Part shown: positions 41,001-54,800 of the stretch, one piece after another
Layout of the letters: each line of letters begins with the position of its first letter
How positions within the stretch are numbered: position 1 is the first letter of the stretch
Source: Kudoa neothunni
Taxonomy: Eukaryota > Animalia > Cnidaria
Direction: 5' to 3'
Length of the DNA: 64,000 nt
Assembly (NCBI GenBank): GCA_964304625.1
Contig: OZ199840.1
Span: forward strand, 4,316,490-4,380,489
The notes under the pieces: model-generated
Databases searched by the model: none
What the model was told of the DNA's origin: nothing
The model's input: only the letters and a program-made list of their open reading frames with translations
Made by a program: the position numbers and the translations under genes

Positions 41001-44000
41001 TAAATTGTGATCGATACAAAGATAAAGAGAAGCAAAGTTCAATCTCCGGAACTACATCTGGGTCACCTTGTACAAATGATAGTTACTCAATTCAATTTGA
41101 CGAATTTGTTGAAGATTATTACATAAGTTGTCCAAAATATTTCGACTTTCACTATTTCTATGACAATACATTTATTAAAACCAACGCACCTGTTTTCAGT
41201 AGATTTTATTATGAATTAGCGATAAATGATGAAAGTAGGAAACTGAGCATTAAATTAGTCAACAAAGAGCCTTCTAAAATGTGCACATTTGAATGGATTG
41301 ACGCTACTAGCTCAACATCTAATAGATTTTTCTCAAATACTTGCGCCAATAATGCGAACTGCCTTTTCAGTTTATGTGGTAACGTTACGTTTGGAAATAT
41401 TCCAACAGAAGTGAAAGCAATAAAAATACGTGTACACAAATTAGGGATGGAGCCTACTGTTGGCTATCAAAATAATATTTATATATGTAATAATTTAAAT
41501 TATATGCAATATAACTATATACTCTAGTGAAACATGGCAATGATATTTCTGTTACCACATCCGACGATAAAATCAGAGTTGATATTGGCAATAAAAATAA
41601 GGATGATGATGGTAATGTGGTAAATAATGTTTCTCCTGTAGCTTGTGAATTGAAGTCATGGAATACATATGCCCCATTAATTAGCGAAACTGGAAGGAAA
41701 AGTGTCAACGACCTTAATACTTGCAGCATTGGAGAAATGAGTATTTCACCAAGTCCAACTCATTTGACAAACGATATTATGATAACAATAAAAGATATAC
41801 CATATTATTCACCAAGAAAATACTTTTATCATAAAACTGGTAGGTTGTTTAATTATAAGCGAATTATTTTACCTATGTAGATCAAACAACTGCTCTTTCG
41901 GATGGGTCGATATCGGTTTCTGTAACAACAAGCGGATTCATACTTACTCCAAATCCTAACGCTTCAACAAACACATGTTCAATTTATGTTAGAGAAAAAA
42001 ATAAATTATATTATTATCCAGCTATTTGCACAGAACAAGAATTGTGTGTAAATAAGTGTAACTCGCGATTTACTGTAACTGGGTTGTACTCTGGTGACAC
42101 CTATGATATTAAGATTGTACCTAGTGGCAGTTACAGTGTCTATACTGTTAAAGATCAGAACACAAGTAACCACATTGTAATTAAAGGTTAACGAATAATT
42201 ATAATTAGCTGGTAAAATAATTCAATTCAAAATTTCGCCTGATTCAACAAGAAATAACCTTAAAATAATACCGATAGAAAGTATCAATAATGATAGCTCT
42301 ACTAACTGTTATTATCAGTTTTATATGTATAAAGGAGGACGCAGTAATAATTATATTAATTAATTCTTTAATTTATTATTTAGCTTCACCAACAAAGATA
42401 CAACAATCTTGCGTTGACTGTGAGGATTCAACTAATAATCTTAAAAAATGCAATAATATTCAGTTTGGTTCAAACTTATATAATAAAAAAACATAATTAC
42501 AGATTAATGATATATGTAAAAGGCCAATCTCCCCCATTTAAATTAGAAATTCCAGGTGAGACAAATACAAATAATTTGTGTAATATTATGAATAGCCTTT
42601 TCTCGACAAGGGAGATTACATCAAAAGTTTGAAAAAAAAGTTAATGAAGATATTGGTAAATTTTATATTTCATTATCAGAATTTCCGAGAGAGGATAAGT
42701 GTGCCCTAAAACTATCCAATTTTGAATATCTCAGTGATTTTGTTATGCCAAGTTGCACGTCTCCTATTGAACCTAACTCCTGCCTAATTGACTGCACCTC
42801 TACAAATGTTGAAATTGGACATATTAATTCAAAAATTTACCGTTATGTATCGGTATGTTATGGTAAAGACGAAAAGGAGGCAAAATCCTGTAAAAAAGCT
42901 AGAGTTTTTCCAATTAAAATGGGTAATAAAATCAATTGTATTATTTATTTTACATTACAATAAATTTTGAAATATTTTTTGCATAATCAATATAGTTGAT
43001 AAATTAAAATTTAACGTTTTTAGATTACAATCAAAAACATACTTACTCTATCACTCACACTGATGATAAAGTTACTTTTTCCTACAAGACAACCTCAAAA
43101 ACAGAATGGATGGTGTATGCTGACGAACTCGTAGACACATATGACAATACAGAAATAAAGAAATTAGATGTAACCAGTTGCTCAGATAATATTCAAACAC
43201 AATCCGCCAGTTTCTTAGTTGACAGACACATGAGTTATTACAAAATTAACTCAACACTTATGTGGCCAGGAATTTACTATTTCACGAATACCACCTTATT
43301 GAATAGCACTATTCCTCTAAGATCAGAGATTATTTATTCTGTTTCAGCTGTTGAAAATAACAATAATAAATTGAAAATTAAATTTTCTCCTGGCCCATAT
43401 AATGACGAAATGTGTCGAATCACTATATTTCAAGTGGATTCTGCTGGTACAGATCAAACTGACAACGTTTTGAACGTCTGTCAGAATAAAGAGGACGGTT
43501 TCTATCAACTTTGTCGAGATTCTATTATTAACTTCACAGGAGACCATCAAAATGTTGGTGTGATTGTTAAAAGAAGATTTGATTCAACTGGTTTCAAACA
43601 ATACTTTAGAAGTAATTGACATTCAGAAATATAAATATAATTTTTTTAGGAAACGATATTGACTTTAATCTTACAGACATATCGAGCAATGGTGTCAAAC
43701 TTACTGGGCTAAACAAATACAAAGAAATTAAAAATGGAAATGATCCAGAATGCACAATTAAGATTTTTAAAACAAATACTATATCTGCTGAAGTCAGCTC
43801 CAGATGTAATAATGATGAATGTAACAAAAATTGTGATGAGTCATATTCGATTACCGGCCTTTCAGCTGGTACGAGTTATATAATTACAATAACAGTTACA
43901 AACCTTGGTGTGAAGAGTTATATCAAGAAAACTTCCTTTAGAACAAGTAAATTTAGCTAACAATCATTATAAAGTGTCTTTAGCTGATGGAGAAAAGTTA

Positions 44001-45171
44001 ACAGATTCAATTTCTCCAAGTACTATTATAGCGGGTACTGCTACTGTTACCCCTTTCCAAGCACACAATTTGCTCCAATTATGTCGAATTTATCTCGTGA
44101 AAAAGAATGGTTCAAATGTCAAATTTATGGCTTCTTGTGAAGGAATGGGAGCCTGTGAAAATAAATGTGACAGTCCATTTAAAATTGTTAACCTAGAATT
44201 GGGATCAACATATAATGTTACTGTGGAGCCATCTGATGGAAAAAAATTAAGAACATTCGATGTTACTACCAGTAATAAACTTTGGATTTTAATATTATCA
44301 AATGGTTAATAGTTAATGTCGATACATCGGTTACATACACATCTTATGGTGATAGTGGTATAGCAATTAATGTATTGTTTAATGGTAAAGCGAGTATTTC
44401 GAAATGTCCGTTTATGTTGCACGAAAAAACAGATGATGACAAACAAAAACCAATAGTTTTTTGGTGTAACGACGAAGAAGAATGTTCATCAAATGGTTGC
44501 TCTATCGGCATCTACGGCTTATCCAGGGAAAAAAATTATAGGTTTAGTGTGAAAGTAAAGGATTTTTCGAAATATAAAATTCACGATATTCCATGTAATT
44601 TAACATTAATATTTACCTTATTATTTCATGTTAACTAATTTTATTATGTAACATAAAGACTCAAACATATCACAACACTCGGGGTAAGAAAATAGTTTTA
44701 TATTTTATGATTTAATTAATCATTTTAGTAATTTTTTATGGATTATTTTGAATCTAAAATACTGGTAGAAGAGCAAAATATACGAAGTGAATATACCAAT
44801 ATTGACGTAGGTGATATCTTTCAAAAAGCGATTGTAAAGATTGCAAAAGGGTACATTGCCTACTCTCTAACTTGTTTGATATGTTTTTAGTAAAATTATG
44901 ATAATACGCTGTGTTAAAAATGTGTAGATAGTAAAAAGAAGCACGAATATGCGGCCGCCAAGAACAGTCATTCGTATTTTTAAATAAAATTTTAATATTT
45001 TATAATTTAATTTAGCTCTGTTGGCATATACATGTAAAGAATTCGTTTTTGTGTTTATAAATCATTTCGTCTAGTTTATACGCAATGATGCCAATCGTAG
45101 GATCATTGCTAGTAATGATAGGTTTGGTCGTGCTCCGAAGAAAGTCCAAAGATGTTGCATACGATTTATAA
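38092..45171 (+). CDS. Large type I membrane protein with ~15 Cys-rich, partly FN3-like extracellular domains (3 x 5 super-repeat), about 20 exons
   Basis: Signal-peptide-like start MVLFSVKSKHGSLFCLLIFA (intron 38153-38195). FN3-type motifs LEPLTEYIL, LDPKTTYKI, LYSGDTYDI, LSAGTSYII, LELGSTYNV. Last exons give SVGIYILYAMMPIVGSLLVMIGLVVL-RRKSK-DVAYDL*. Two +1 frameshifts lie in A-runs, and the juxtamembrane exons are not fully resolved. Confidence 0.8.
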
Positions 45172-48100
45172 GAATATTATAGCAACAATTTATCATTAGA
45201 ATACGATTTATTAACATTATTGATAACATATGTATTCCATAAGCTTTCTAAATAATTAGAAATTAACTCTATCAAATGCATATAAAAGAATGATTCTTAT
45301 TAATAAATACATAAAAATTATTAGATAGGTTCATTCTATTCCTAGAAAGTTTTTGATAAATCTTAAGTAAGATAATTTTAATACGGTGTACTGTACTAAT
45401 TACCATGTTATTAAAAATGTGTAGTTAAAATGGAAGTTTTAAATTATGAACATACATAATTCTCAGTTATATGTTAATCGTTAATGTAGAATTGTGGATG
45501 GATTTTATTTACGAATATAAAAGATAGGCATTGGCTATTGCAACGGATAGAAATATCTATCAAAATAATACTTATATCAAACTTTAAAATTTAAAAATAC
45601 ATATAATAATAAATTAGCTATTAATAAATAAATTGGTGACTTTTTATTCTTAAATCAGTAAATTATACATGATTGAAGCCGTAATTTTTTAAAGCATTTA
45701 TATCTATGTTAGATTTTTAACAGCGATTATGAATTTTGTAATGTTTATAATAAACTACCTGGAACATTTTTTCTACCGAGAGAGTTAGCGCGAAAGTTTA
45801 AAATATTTTAAAAAGACATATAAGTACATCTAATGTTATTTGGTATCGCTCAATAAACCGTTCTTTCACAAGGTAAGCACGAGTTGATTACATTGGGAAT
45901 GAAAACTATTAGAATATAATATTTATGATTTCACGTACTTTTCTACTTTAAAAGACGTTTATAAATTCTTATTTATATATTAAAATTTGTATAAATTAAT
46001 TTTAATACGGCCCACACTAGACATTAGAATTAGGGTGTCTGTTTGGCCCGTCACTCAAAAAAGTTACTGACCCCTAGTTTGAATGTTCTTTGGTGATTTC
46101 TTATTGCTGTCGCTAACCATTAGACAACAAGGTATCCAAAAACCTCTCGAACAATAAAAAATATATTAACTTGGGAACCTGCTTTCATCATTTTTTATGC
46201 CAAGATCAGTCCCATATCAAACTTTCAAATAATAAATATAAAAAAAAAGATTGTACGTATGCATTACATAGTGTTTATATTTAGCCCAGATATTCCTGAA
46301 GCGCTCTTCAATTTGATTTAGATCCGTGTCATGCTAGCGCATTTCACATAGAGTTTACCACAACAAAAATACTACCATATGTCGCAATTATTTACATTGT
46401 GCATATATGCTCTTTTCTCGAAGTCGGAAATCGAGTATATTTTAAGTTTATTTTCCCCGAAGTTGTGTGAGACATTATAACCTACTCTTCTGAATTCCTT
46501 GAGTCAATTAAAAATAACAACAAGTTTCCCCAATAGTTAAGTTGACGTTACTTTAATTATGCATCTTTTGAATTTGGATGTTCATCGATATTGGAAAATA
46601 TTTTTAAGAGAGTAGGCAACCTTATATCGACTCTCTCTGAATTTACATCTATCACCAAATCCACATATGTGAATATTTCTTGTTTCCCCGAATTTTGATG
46701 GTAGGACAGTGAAATTTTCCATTCATCGCTTAAATTTTTTTTACTGGCCAGGTAATATAATAAGTTCTTGTATTCAGCTTCGAACAGAAGCTAAAAGTTT
46801 ATATCTTGTGTTTAGGCTGAGTCCATGTGAATAAGCTCTAGTGTTTTTATTGGGATAGAATAAGGGTACAGAATTTTGAAAGTTATGTCTTGAATTAGGA
46901 GCACGTTTGAATTGTATTCCATCTAATTTGTTGCCACTTATTTTATTGGTTGAATAATGAATAAATGGTTAATGAAATATTCTGTAACACAATGTGTGCA
47001 TCTGGTGATATACGAATGAAATTGTCTTACCGACCAAGTCAATTTTAAAATGTTATCTGAGTAGCATCATTCGGACCTTTTTACAGTTGTATAAAGTAAT
47101 AAATTGTTTGTTTAATTTGAGGTAGTTATTCTTTACTTCAAATATATTCATTAATGCTGAGACGCTGTACTGGAAAAAAAGTCTGATTTAGTAACTTCCA
47201 AAAATATCCATAATAAATAAACAACTGTTTAGAATTAAATCATATATTCCAACATAAATCACTTCAGGAAGATTCTAGCGTCGTCTTTCTATTTTAATCA
47301 AGTCGTCTCGTGTATTCATCACGAATGGTGGTTTGAAACTCTGTTTTTAATAACAAACTCAAAAACATAATAATATTGTTAATGAAGTAGTGAACTATTA
47401 TTGGCGACACAATTTTCATAATTCCATATGTTTCACTCTCAGTCCTTATCAATTCAATATAATCATAGGGTCGGGAAATTCTTGCTCAGTATTTATTTGT
47501 TGCACAGCTCATTTAACTTATGTTGTATGTTTGGATTATTAACAGACAAACATATTATAACTAATAACTACAAATAATTGAATGAAATATTTAAAATCTA
47601 TGACAAATAGCAAACTAGACTTCCAATTGCATATTTTTTCTTTCAAGTGCAAAAATAATTATATTTTAAACCAAAAAAAACACAGCACGTTTATTAGAAA
47701 AATGTGTTAGATTTTATTTCTTATTATCTTCATCCGTTGGTGGCAATTTTAAACCTACAGTTGCGGCTGCTTCTTCAACACTTTTTTCACCTTTGTTGCT
47801 ATATTTTTCTATCAGTTGCTAAGAAATTAATGAGATTATTTTTATTTTTTTGAAATAATAAAGAACAAGTAAATAATAAATTGAGTATCAGTAAATTAAT
47901 TAATTTCCATAATACTTTTATTTTGTTGTCACTTTTCAATTTTTTGTTGTAACAACTCATTATGTCATCCAGGTTTGAGTTGAGAAAAGGGCGGGAAAGC
48001 TTATTTTTAGTTGAATCTTTTAATACACTCTCCAACTTAGACTGAGAGGGAAGGGGGATTTCCTTTGATATGTATTTCTAAATTATAAAATACTAATTAT

Positions 48101-49117
48101 AGTAAATCAACGAATAAATCACAGCGAAAAGTGAATATAATTGTTTCATATGTTCAGCCATGGCGTCCGAAACTCGACAAATACGATTGTGCGTTAAAGA
48201 ATGAATTCAAATTCTTCTGCAAAAATAGATTGATCAATTTACTATAATGTCTATACTCAAAGTGTATTTAAAATTAAAATTTAGTTGTTCATTTATTCAA
48301 TGGTAAATATCTAAAAAATCTCACCCCTTTGAAGAAATGATTAAAACGCACCCGTTATGAAAACTCGCATGCGCGTGGCATCTAACTGTGAACAACAACT
48401 ATAGCGAATAGGGGTTTTTATATGACAAAGCCATTTTGATAAAAATACGATGTCGAAGTGAAGAATATTTCATATAATTTTTTGTGAAAAATTTCACAAA
48501 AGATTGTGTAACATATTGGAGATGATTTAGGAAATACATATGTTAATAAGTTACAAGTCCTGTCGAAAATATTTTTAAAAAATCTAGAAAACAAAATAAC
48601 ATAACCATAAGTTATTTTATTTATAAATCAATAAAAAAATTAAACAATTATGTAAAATTCATGGCTGAAAATATTCATTATCCAACCTCCAAAATCCCCT
48701 CAACAAAACCCACTCAAAACAAAATAAGTGAAATTTGTATAAATAAAATAATATTCTTACAAAATTTCATAACGTTCAGAAAGAAATAATCGTACTCTAA
48801 AAATTGGAAATTGATTTAAGTAATACAAATCATTGTTACACACAGATAAGAATTTTCATTGTAATATTTTAGGTCTCAGTTAATCAATATAATAATAATA
48901 ACATTTATCGCAATTAAGAATATATATGGCATCTGCGTAATTGTGAAAACGTGGGTCACTGTTAATACATTTAATGTGGTTCCTAAAGAATTTGATCAAG
49001 CATACGTGATCGATGGAACAAATTGGTCAGAATTTCCAATTTAATTCTATTCTCAATGAGTTGTAAATTATGAACAAGTTTTATCGATTTTAACCCTCTA
49101 AGTAACTGAAAAATTTA

Positions 49118-49946
49118 CACCCTCCGAATAAAAATGGGGAAGAAATTTACCCCATTTTTTTATTTGATAAAATTGTCTAAAATAAAATTCGGCATTGATT
49201 GAACGAATATGAGGAAATTCTATCGAGTAAATTTTGAATAAATGCCCAATTATTTAAGTTATATTCTGTGAACGCATGCGCGCATATTTAGGTTTTTTAG
49301 TTTTAACATTTAATTCATGTTTTATAACAGCTGCCAATTAATTTATCTTATCTAAAACAATGCGGTGTAAACCTGCGCAGAAAAACACAAAGTGACAGAA
49401 AACAGTGCTTATCTCACAAAAAAGTTATCAAATATGTTTTTAAAACTCTTTTTAAAACAGGAGATTTTTCAAAATGTTGAACAATTATATCATATATTTT
49501 TTTAATTCTCTCTACAACGTAGAAATATGCAAACTTATGACAACTCCATCGTATTATGGATAATTTGGTATAAAAATAATGAGAGAACGACATGCTTATA
49601 TCTGTATAACGCATGCGCAGTGGTACAGCGTGTATAGTGTTTTGTTATTTATTCATTATTTACTGGATAGAATTTCCGTAAATTTTTAAAATCACATATA
49701 TCAATATGTTAAATATTTTGCGAAGGAAAAAATTTGGGTTATATTTCTACCCCAACTTTATTTGAAATGTGTTTTTACATTAACTTTTTTGATATGACAA
49801 AAAAAAGTTCAATTCATTTTTCTGAAAGTTTTCACAAAGATAAAAGATTACAAAAAGTGGAGAGGGGTTATGTTCTACTTATACATTATAATATTGTTGA
49901 CAAAATTCACTTGGGTAGAAATCTGCCCCATTTTATTTGGAAGGTT
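49118..49946. mobile_element. Inverted-repeat element (probable non-autonomous DNA transposon)
   Basis: ccctccgaataaaaatggggaagaaatttacccca at left is the imperfect inverse of ttgggtagaaatctgccccattttatttggaagg at right. Confidence 0.45.
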
Positions 49947-50829
49947 AAAGGACAAATCGAACATTAAAATTTCAAGAAATATTGCATTATATTTCTAACG
50001 GTCTGCATTCAATATTCTTAAAAAAAGGATATAATCTCATAAATAAAAATTAAATTTATTTTTTTATTTTTTTTTTACGTTCTAATTTTGTATAGCATTA
50101 TGAAAGTTAAAATAAATATATGTGCATGTGTAATAAAATGCGATTTTACGTGTCAGTGCAATATTTGTAAATACATCCATTAATTGTTTATTAGATTCCT
50201 TGATTAAAATAGCTTAAAGCTGGATATAATTAAGTCTAATTTATGCTTAAACGTGCGCGTAAAATTTATATACCAGTTTTAATTCCGTTAGAATATTCAT
50301 TAGACAAAGTTTTTAATAATATAACGTTAAATTGAAGGTAAAAAATTTCGTAGTATTAAAAAAAAGGATCAAAATTTAATTTTAAAAATTAGTCTAAATA
50401 CCTTTGACTATTGGTAAGTTTAAATGAAGTTGTCGTTCTTCTGTGAGCGCAACGAACAATAACGTAGAAGGCAGAGGCTATTTTCAATGTGAAATCTTAA
50501 ACCTATATGTCATGTACACATGCTCAGTCAAAAATTTTAACCTCAGTAACTCTTACTCACAAGTTATATATAGACTTAATTTTTTAGTATGTACTATATT
50601 TAATTATTTCCAGCTCACCACTTCATTCTTAGGGCTCGGAAAAAATTAAATATATTCAACAAAGTATGACACCTAAATATTGTTTATCTTGTAAATAGCC
50701 ACTTTCAACATAAAATAATTTATAATATTTTCTTCAATATTAAAAAATTCATAGAAGAGAATATTATTACACAATAATAAATCCAGTTCACATTTGACTG
50801 GATATTGCATTCACCATACCTCTATTTAA

Positions 50830-51078
50830 CCCTTTGAGGACAACCTTGGTTTCCACCAGCCTACCTTTCTATTATTTTTAAAATAAAACTTACTAAAAAA
50901 TTTATTATATTTTATGTATTTCCGTCAGAATTTCACTTATTTTTTAAAAAATATATTATTTATCCACTAATGTAAAAAATGGTAAAAATTCCCACCGAGA
51001 TACTCAAAATGTAATCAACTACTTAACAGCAAAATAATATAAGAGTGGCACGTGCAGCCTATAGTTGTCCTCAAAGGG
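50830..51078. mobile_element. piggyBac-type MITE (249 bp)
   Basis: Perfect 15-bp TIR CCCTTTGAGGACAAC / GTTGTCCTCAAAGGG, with TTAA left and TTGA right. Confidence 0.85.
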
Positions 51079-51853
51079 TTGAATTAGATTTCAACTTTTA
51101 ACAGTGTACTCGTGTGGGCTTCACGATCCCACGTGAGTAATAAATTGTGCATAATTCATGGGAAAAAATGTTTTTTAAGTTTATTCATTTAAATTGTCAA
51201 AATTTTACTTTACATCTAGTTGTAAATTTACAAACGATTCGAAATTTTTTATTTAAGCCTATGTTTAGCCAAAACAGATTATTACAAACACAGTGTGTTT
51301 TATTTTATTTAAAAAGTTAATCTCACACTTGCCTATTGAGTGTATCAATGTCAGATTCGAATTCCTCAAATTAATTCTTTTCCGACAAAATTTTTGGTGT
51401 CTCCTTTTAATTCATTTATTGTGTTTTCTCAACAAAATTAGGATATTTGAAAGCTGAACCAAATCGAAGATGACAATTTTTGTTGGACTTATCGCTTCTT
51501 TGGTTGAAAGCCACCCGCAGAGGGGTGCTAAAAAAGCAAACGATTGGATGCCAAACGTTCTTTTTAATCAGTTGGATTTAAATTCAATAAGAAAAATACG
51601 TTATTTACAGAAACTAACGAGAAAATGCTCGAAAACGTTGTAGTTGATGTCATACACGCGTCATAAGGTGAGACAAACAAATATACCACATGTGTAACAT
51701 CATTATATGGTACGAGCATTCAATGAAAAATAAACCTGTTTTAAATTTTCCTCCGAAATAAATTTAAATTATATATTATATATGGTGTATTTTTATTGCG
51801 GTATAATGTATTATAGTAAGCAAATGCAGCTTAAAGTATAATCCAATAAAGGA

Positions 51854-54800
51854 CAGAAATTAATCCGAGGCTCGTCGAGACCAAGGTCACCTTAATCAGA
51901 AACGTCATTATGTCACCTATTGTGAGTTGATACCTAACAACAAAATTAGATGATGCTTCGACAATGCTGCTTCACACTAAATAAGTTTTGATGTTGTAAT
52001 TATTCAACCCGAGGATTATCAATTAATACGAAAATACTTTCGAGAGAATACCCCGAAAATGTTACATAATTTATGTGTCGTAAGAGGGTATTAGCAGGGC
52101 TTTAGATGGCAACTGATATCGAATATTTTGATTTTGAGTTCAATGTCTACTGCTATCATCAACCCAAATCCCTAATATTATTGACCAACTATAGGTTGAT
52201 TTATTGGAACAGCGATTTTCTGCATATAGTAATATTTTCGTGAGATTTTACGATTTTATTTAAAAAAGCGTTTTTTCATCTACGCAATATTTTTTGACAG
52301 ACAAGATATTTTGATATTCTTCTCAAGGTTCCTATAAAATTGATCGAAGATATTTCGTTGGATGAAAACAGACTACTTCTTAAAATTGTATCTAAGCTGG
52401 GGTTTTATCTCGAGTAGTAGTTTTGATTTAATATCTGCGACATAAAATGATATTTGGCACATAGATTGGAATTCCACGATGACTCACATCTATTTTATTG
52501 CTGTTACAGTATTGAACAGCTGTTATCTCAGAGCGATGATTATATAGCGATGGATATTTGTCACCATGGTAATACCCGCCAAACCCCCTCTAGTATATAT
52601 GCCCACGAATTTTTCTTATTTTTGTGCGTTACCACGCTGGTTTGCACAGACACAATGTTCAAAAATATTAAAACAAATTTACAGACAAACACGCGTGTTT
52701 TTTCGCAGAAATTCAACATTTAAGATTGGCAGATGATCTCAATTGGAAAATCACTGATGTTAATTCTGATTTTTTGTAATTTGTTATTTCAATCATTTGG
52801 ATTGGTTCCAATGTTATTTCGATGTTTAGGCTGTGTGATACCTATCCTCAATTGCATATTTTCCCTTCCGCCATTACCGAATCAGATATCAAAAAACTTG
52901 TTTATTATCGTTCAAAAGGACGTTTTCTTAGTCTCTCATGGAGGTACATCATATGGCGTGTAAATAGATTAGATTTTTTAAATTTTTTTTGTTGTAGAAA
53001 TCCCAACGACGGATCAACACTATTACGCTCCTCTCAACCCTATGGAGTGATAGTTGCACTCTATGGATGTGATACCGAACGCGAACTTTTTGATAACATA
53101 AGATCTTGCAACAATAATGATAAACGTTATGTTAATAATTCGCAAATTTTATCTCACTCAGTATAAATCTAGCGGGAAAACTCATAATTATCGACGCAAG
53201 ACCTCCCAACTCAGCCTTTATCAACTACACCACAGGAGGTGGAACCGAAGACAAAGGTATACTCTTTCTATCGATTAATCCAAACATTTCGTTAATTTTA
53301 GCAATCTACAACATGGATCACATGGAATTCCTCAACATCGAAAACATCCACTCACTTCGAAAATCATTCACATTTGTTAAATATACCTTGATGGAAAAAT
53401 TTACAAATGCTAAAACAGCATCACTTCCATCACAGTTTGTCCGAAATAGTGATATTTATTTTTTTACTTATTTTTAGTGTGCTTCGATGGTACGAGATGG
53501 ATTGGTTGAAACATATTAAGGCTGTACTTGATGGATCCGTGGTCACAATGAACCATCTTGTGGATGGGAATTGTGTGGTCGTTCATTGTTCCGATGGGTG
53601 GGATAGAACTAGCCAAATGATGGGTGGGATAGAACTAGCCAAATTACCACAATCGTTAAACTACTCTTGGATCCATTTTATCGCACTATTAAAGTCGTTT
53701 GCCTCATTTCTCAGTATTGGGGATAACTTAAGCGTAGGGGTTCTCTTTGTTGATCAAACGAGAGTGGCTTGAATTCGGCCACAAATTCCATGACCGTTGC
53801 TCCTACTCGGCGAACAACTCTGACCAATACAGTCCTATTTTTATAGCAATGTTGGACACAGTCCATCAACTCCTCCTTCAGTTTCCTAGGCATTTCGAAT
53901 TCAACGAAACCTTTTTAGTTAATTTACTTCCGACACGCGAATAGAATTAACCTTTCATGTTTTGTTTACACTAGATAAAGCTTGCAATCCATAGTCATTG
54001 CTACTTTTTTGGGACGTTTCTCTTTAATAATCAAAAAGAACGAATTGAAAAATCCCTAACAGATTCCACACTTTCTTTTTGGAACTTTTACAATGAAAAC
54101 TGCGACACTATTATTAATAAAAATTATGATCGTCCTTCTTCCATTGCATCCCATAGTAAGATATTGTTTGCTACCCTAACAACTGAAACATTGTATTAGA
54201 TGGTTCTGTAACCTCAGAATTCATTGTTGAAGTAATTTATTATTTTTCTTCATTAACTTTTATCGTGTAGAAAATTATTCCCAATACACACATTGAAGCA
54301 CTCCATTTTTGGTCCAAACTTTACAGTGGACATTGTTTTAAGATTAACGCCCCAATTGATCTCTCCTCTCCTGTTATTGCTGATTTAGATGCTCCTAAAT
54401 TCGATAAACAAATCCTTAGAACTGAAATAGGCTCCAACTCTTCTGATACCAACGGTCAATTAAACAATTCCAAATCGGATATGAAAACATCTGAAAAAGA
54501 AATGAAACATCCTTTTCCCATAAACTCTCAGTCTATTGCTCCAAAATTTGACAAAAAAATCCTCAGAACTATCCATAAGAAATCGCAACCATCACATGGT
54601 ATTTTTAGATTTTTCGGAATGATCGGCGACAGTATTGACTCACTGGTAAAAAACTTTAAATTTGCAATTTTTGGTGAAACCCTCTCCACTCGAAGTATCA
54701 ACAGCGATCAACTCTACAAAATGGACGAATCGAATCCGATGTATATTTCCTACACATCTATGGGTATCAACCCCAACGATATTCTCCCAAAAATTTCAAT

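Noticed and set aside
46030-47560. Possible decayed transposase or reverse transcriptase next to a hAT-like end (~46076)
   Set aside because: It is too degenerate, and no consistent motif series could be read.
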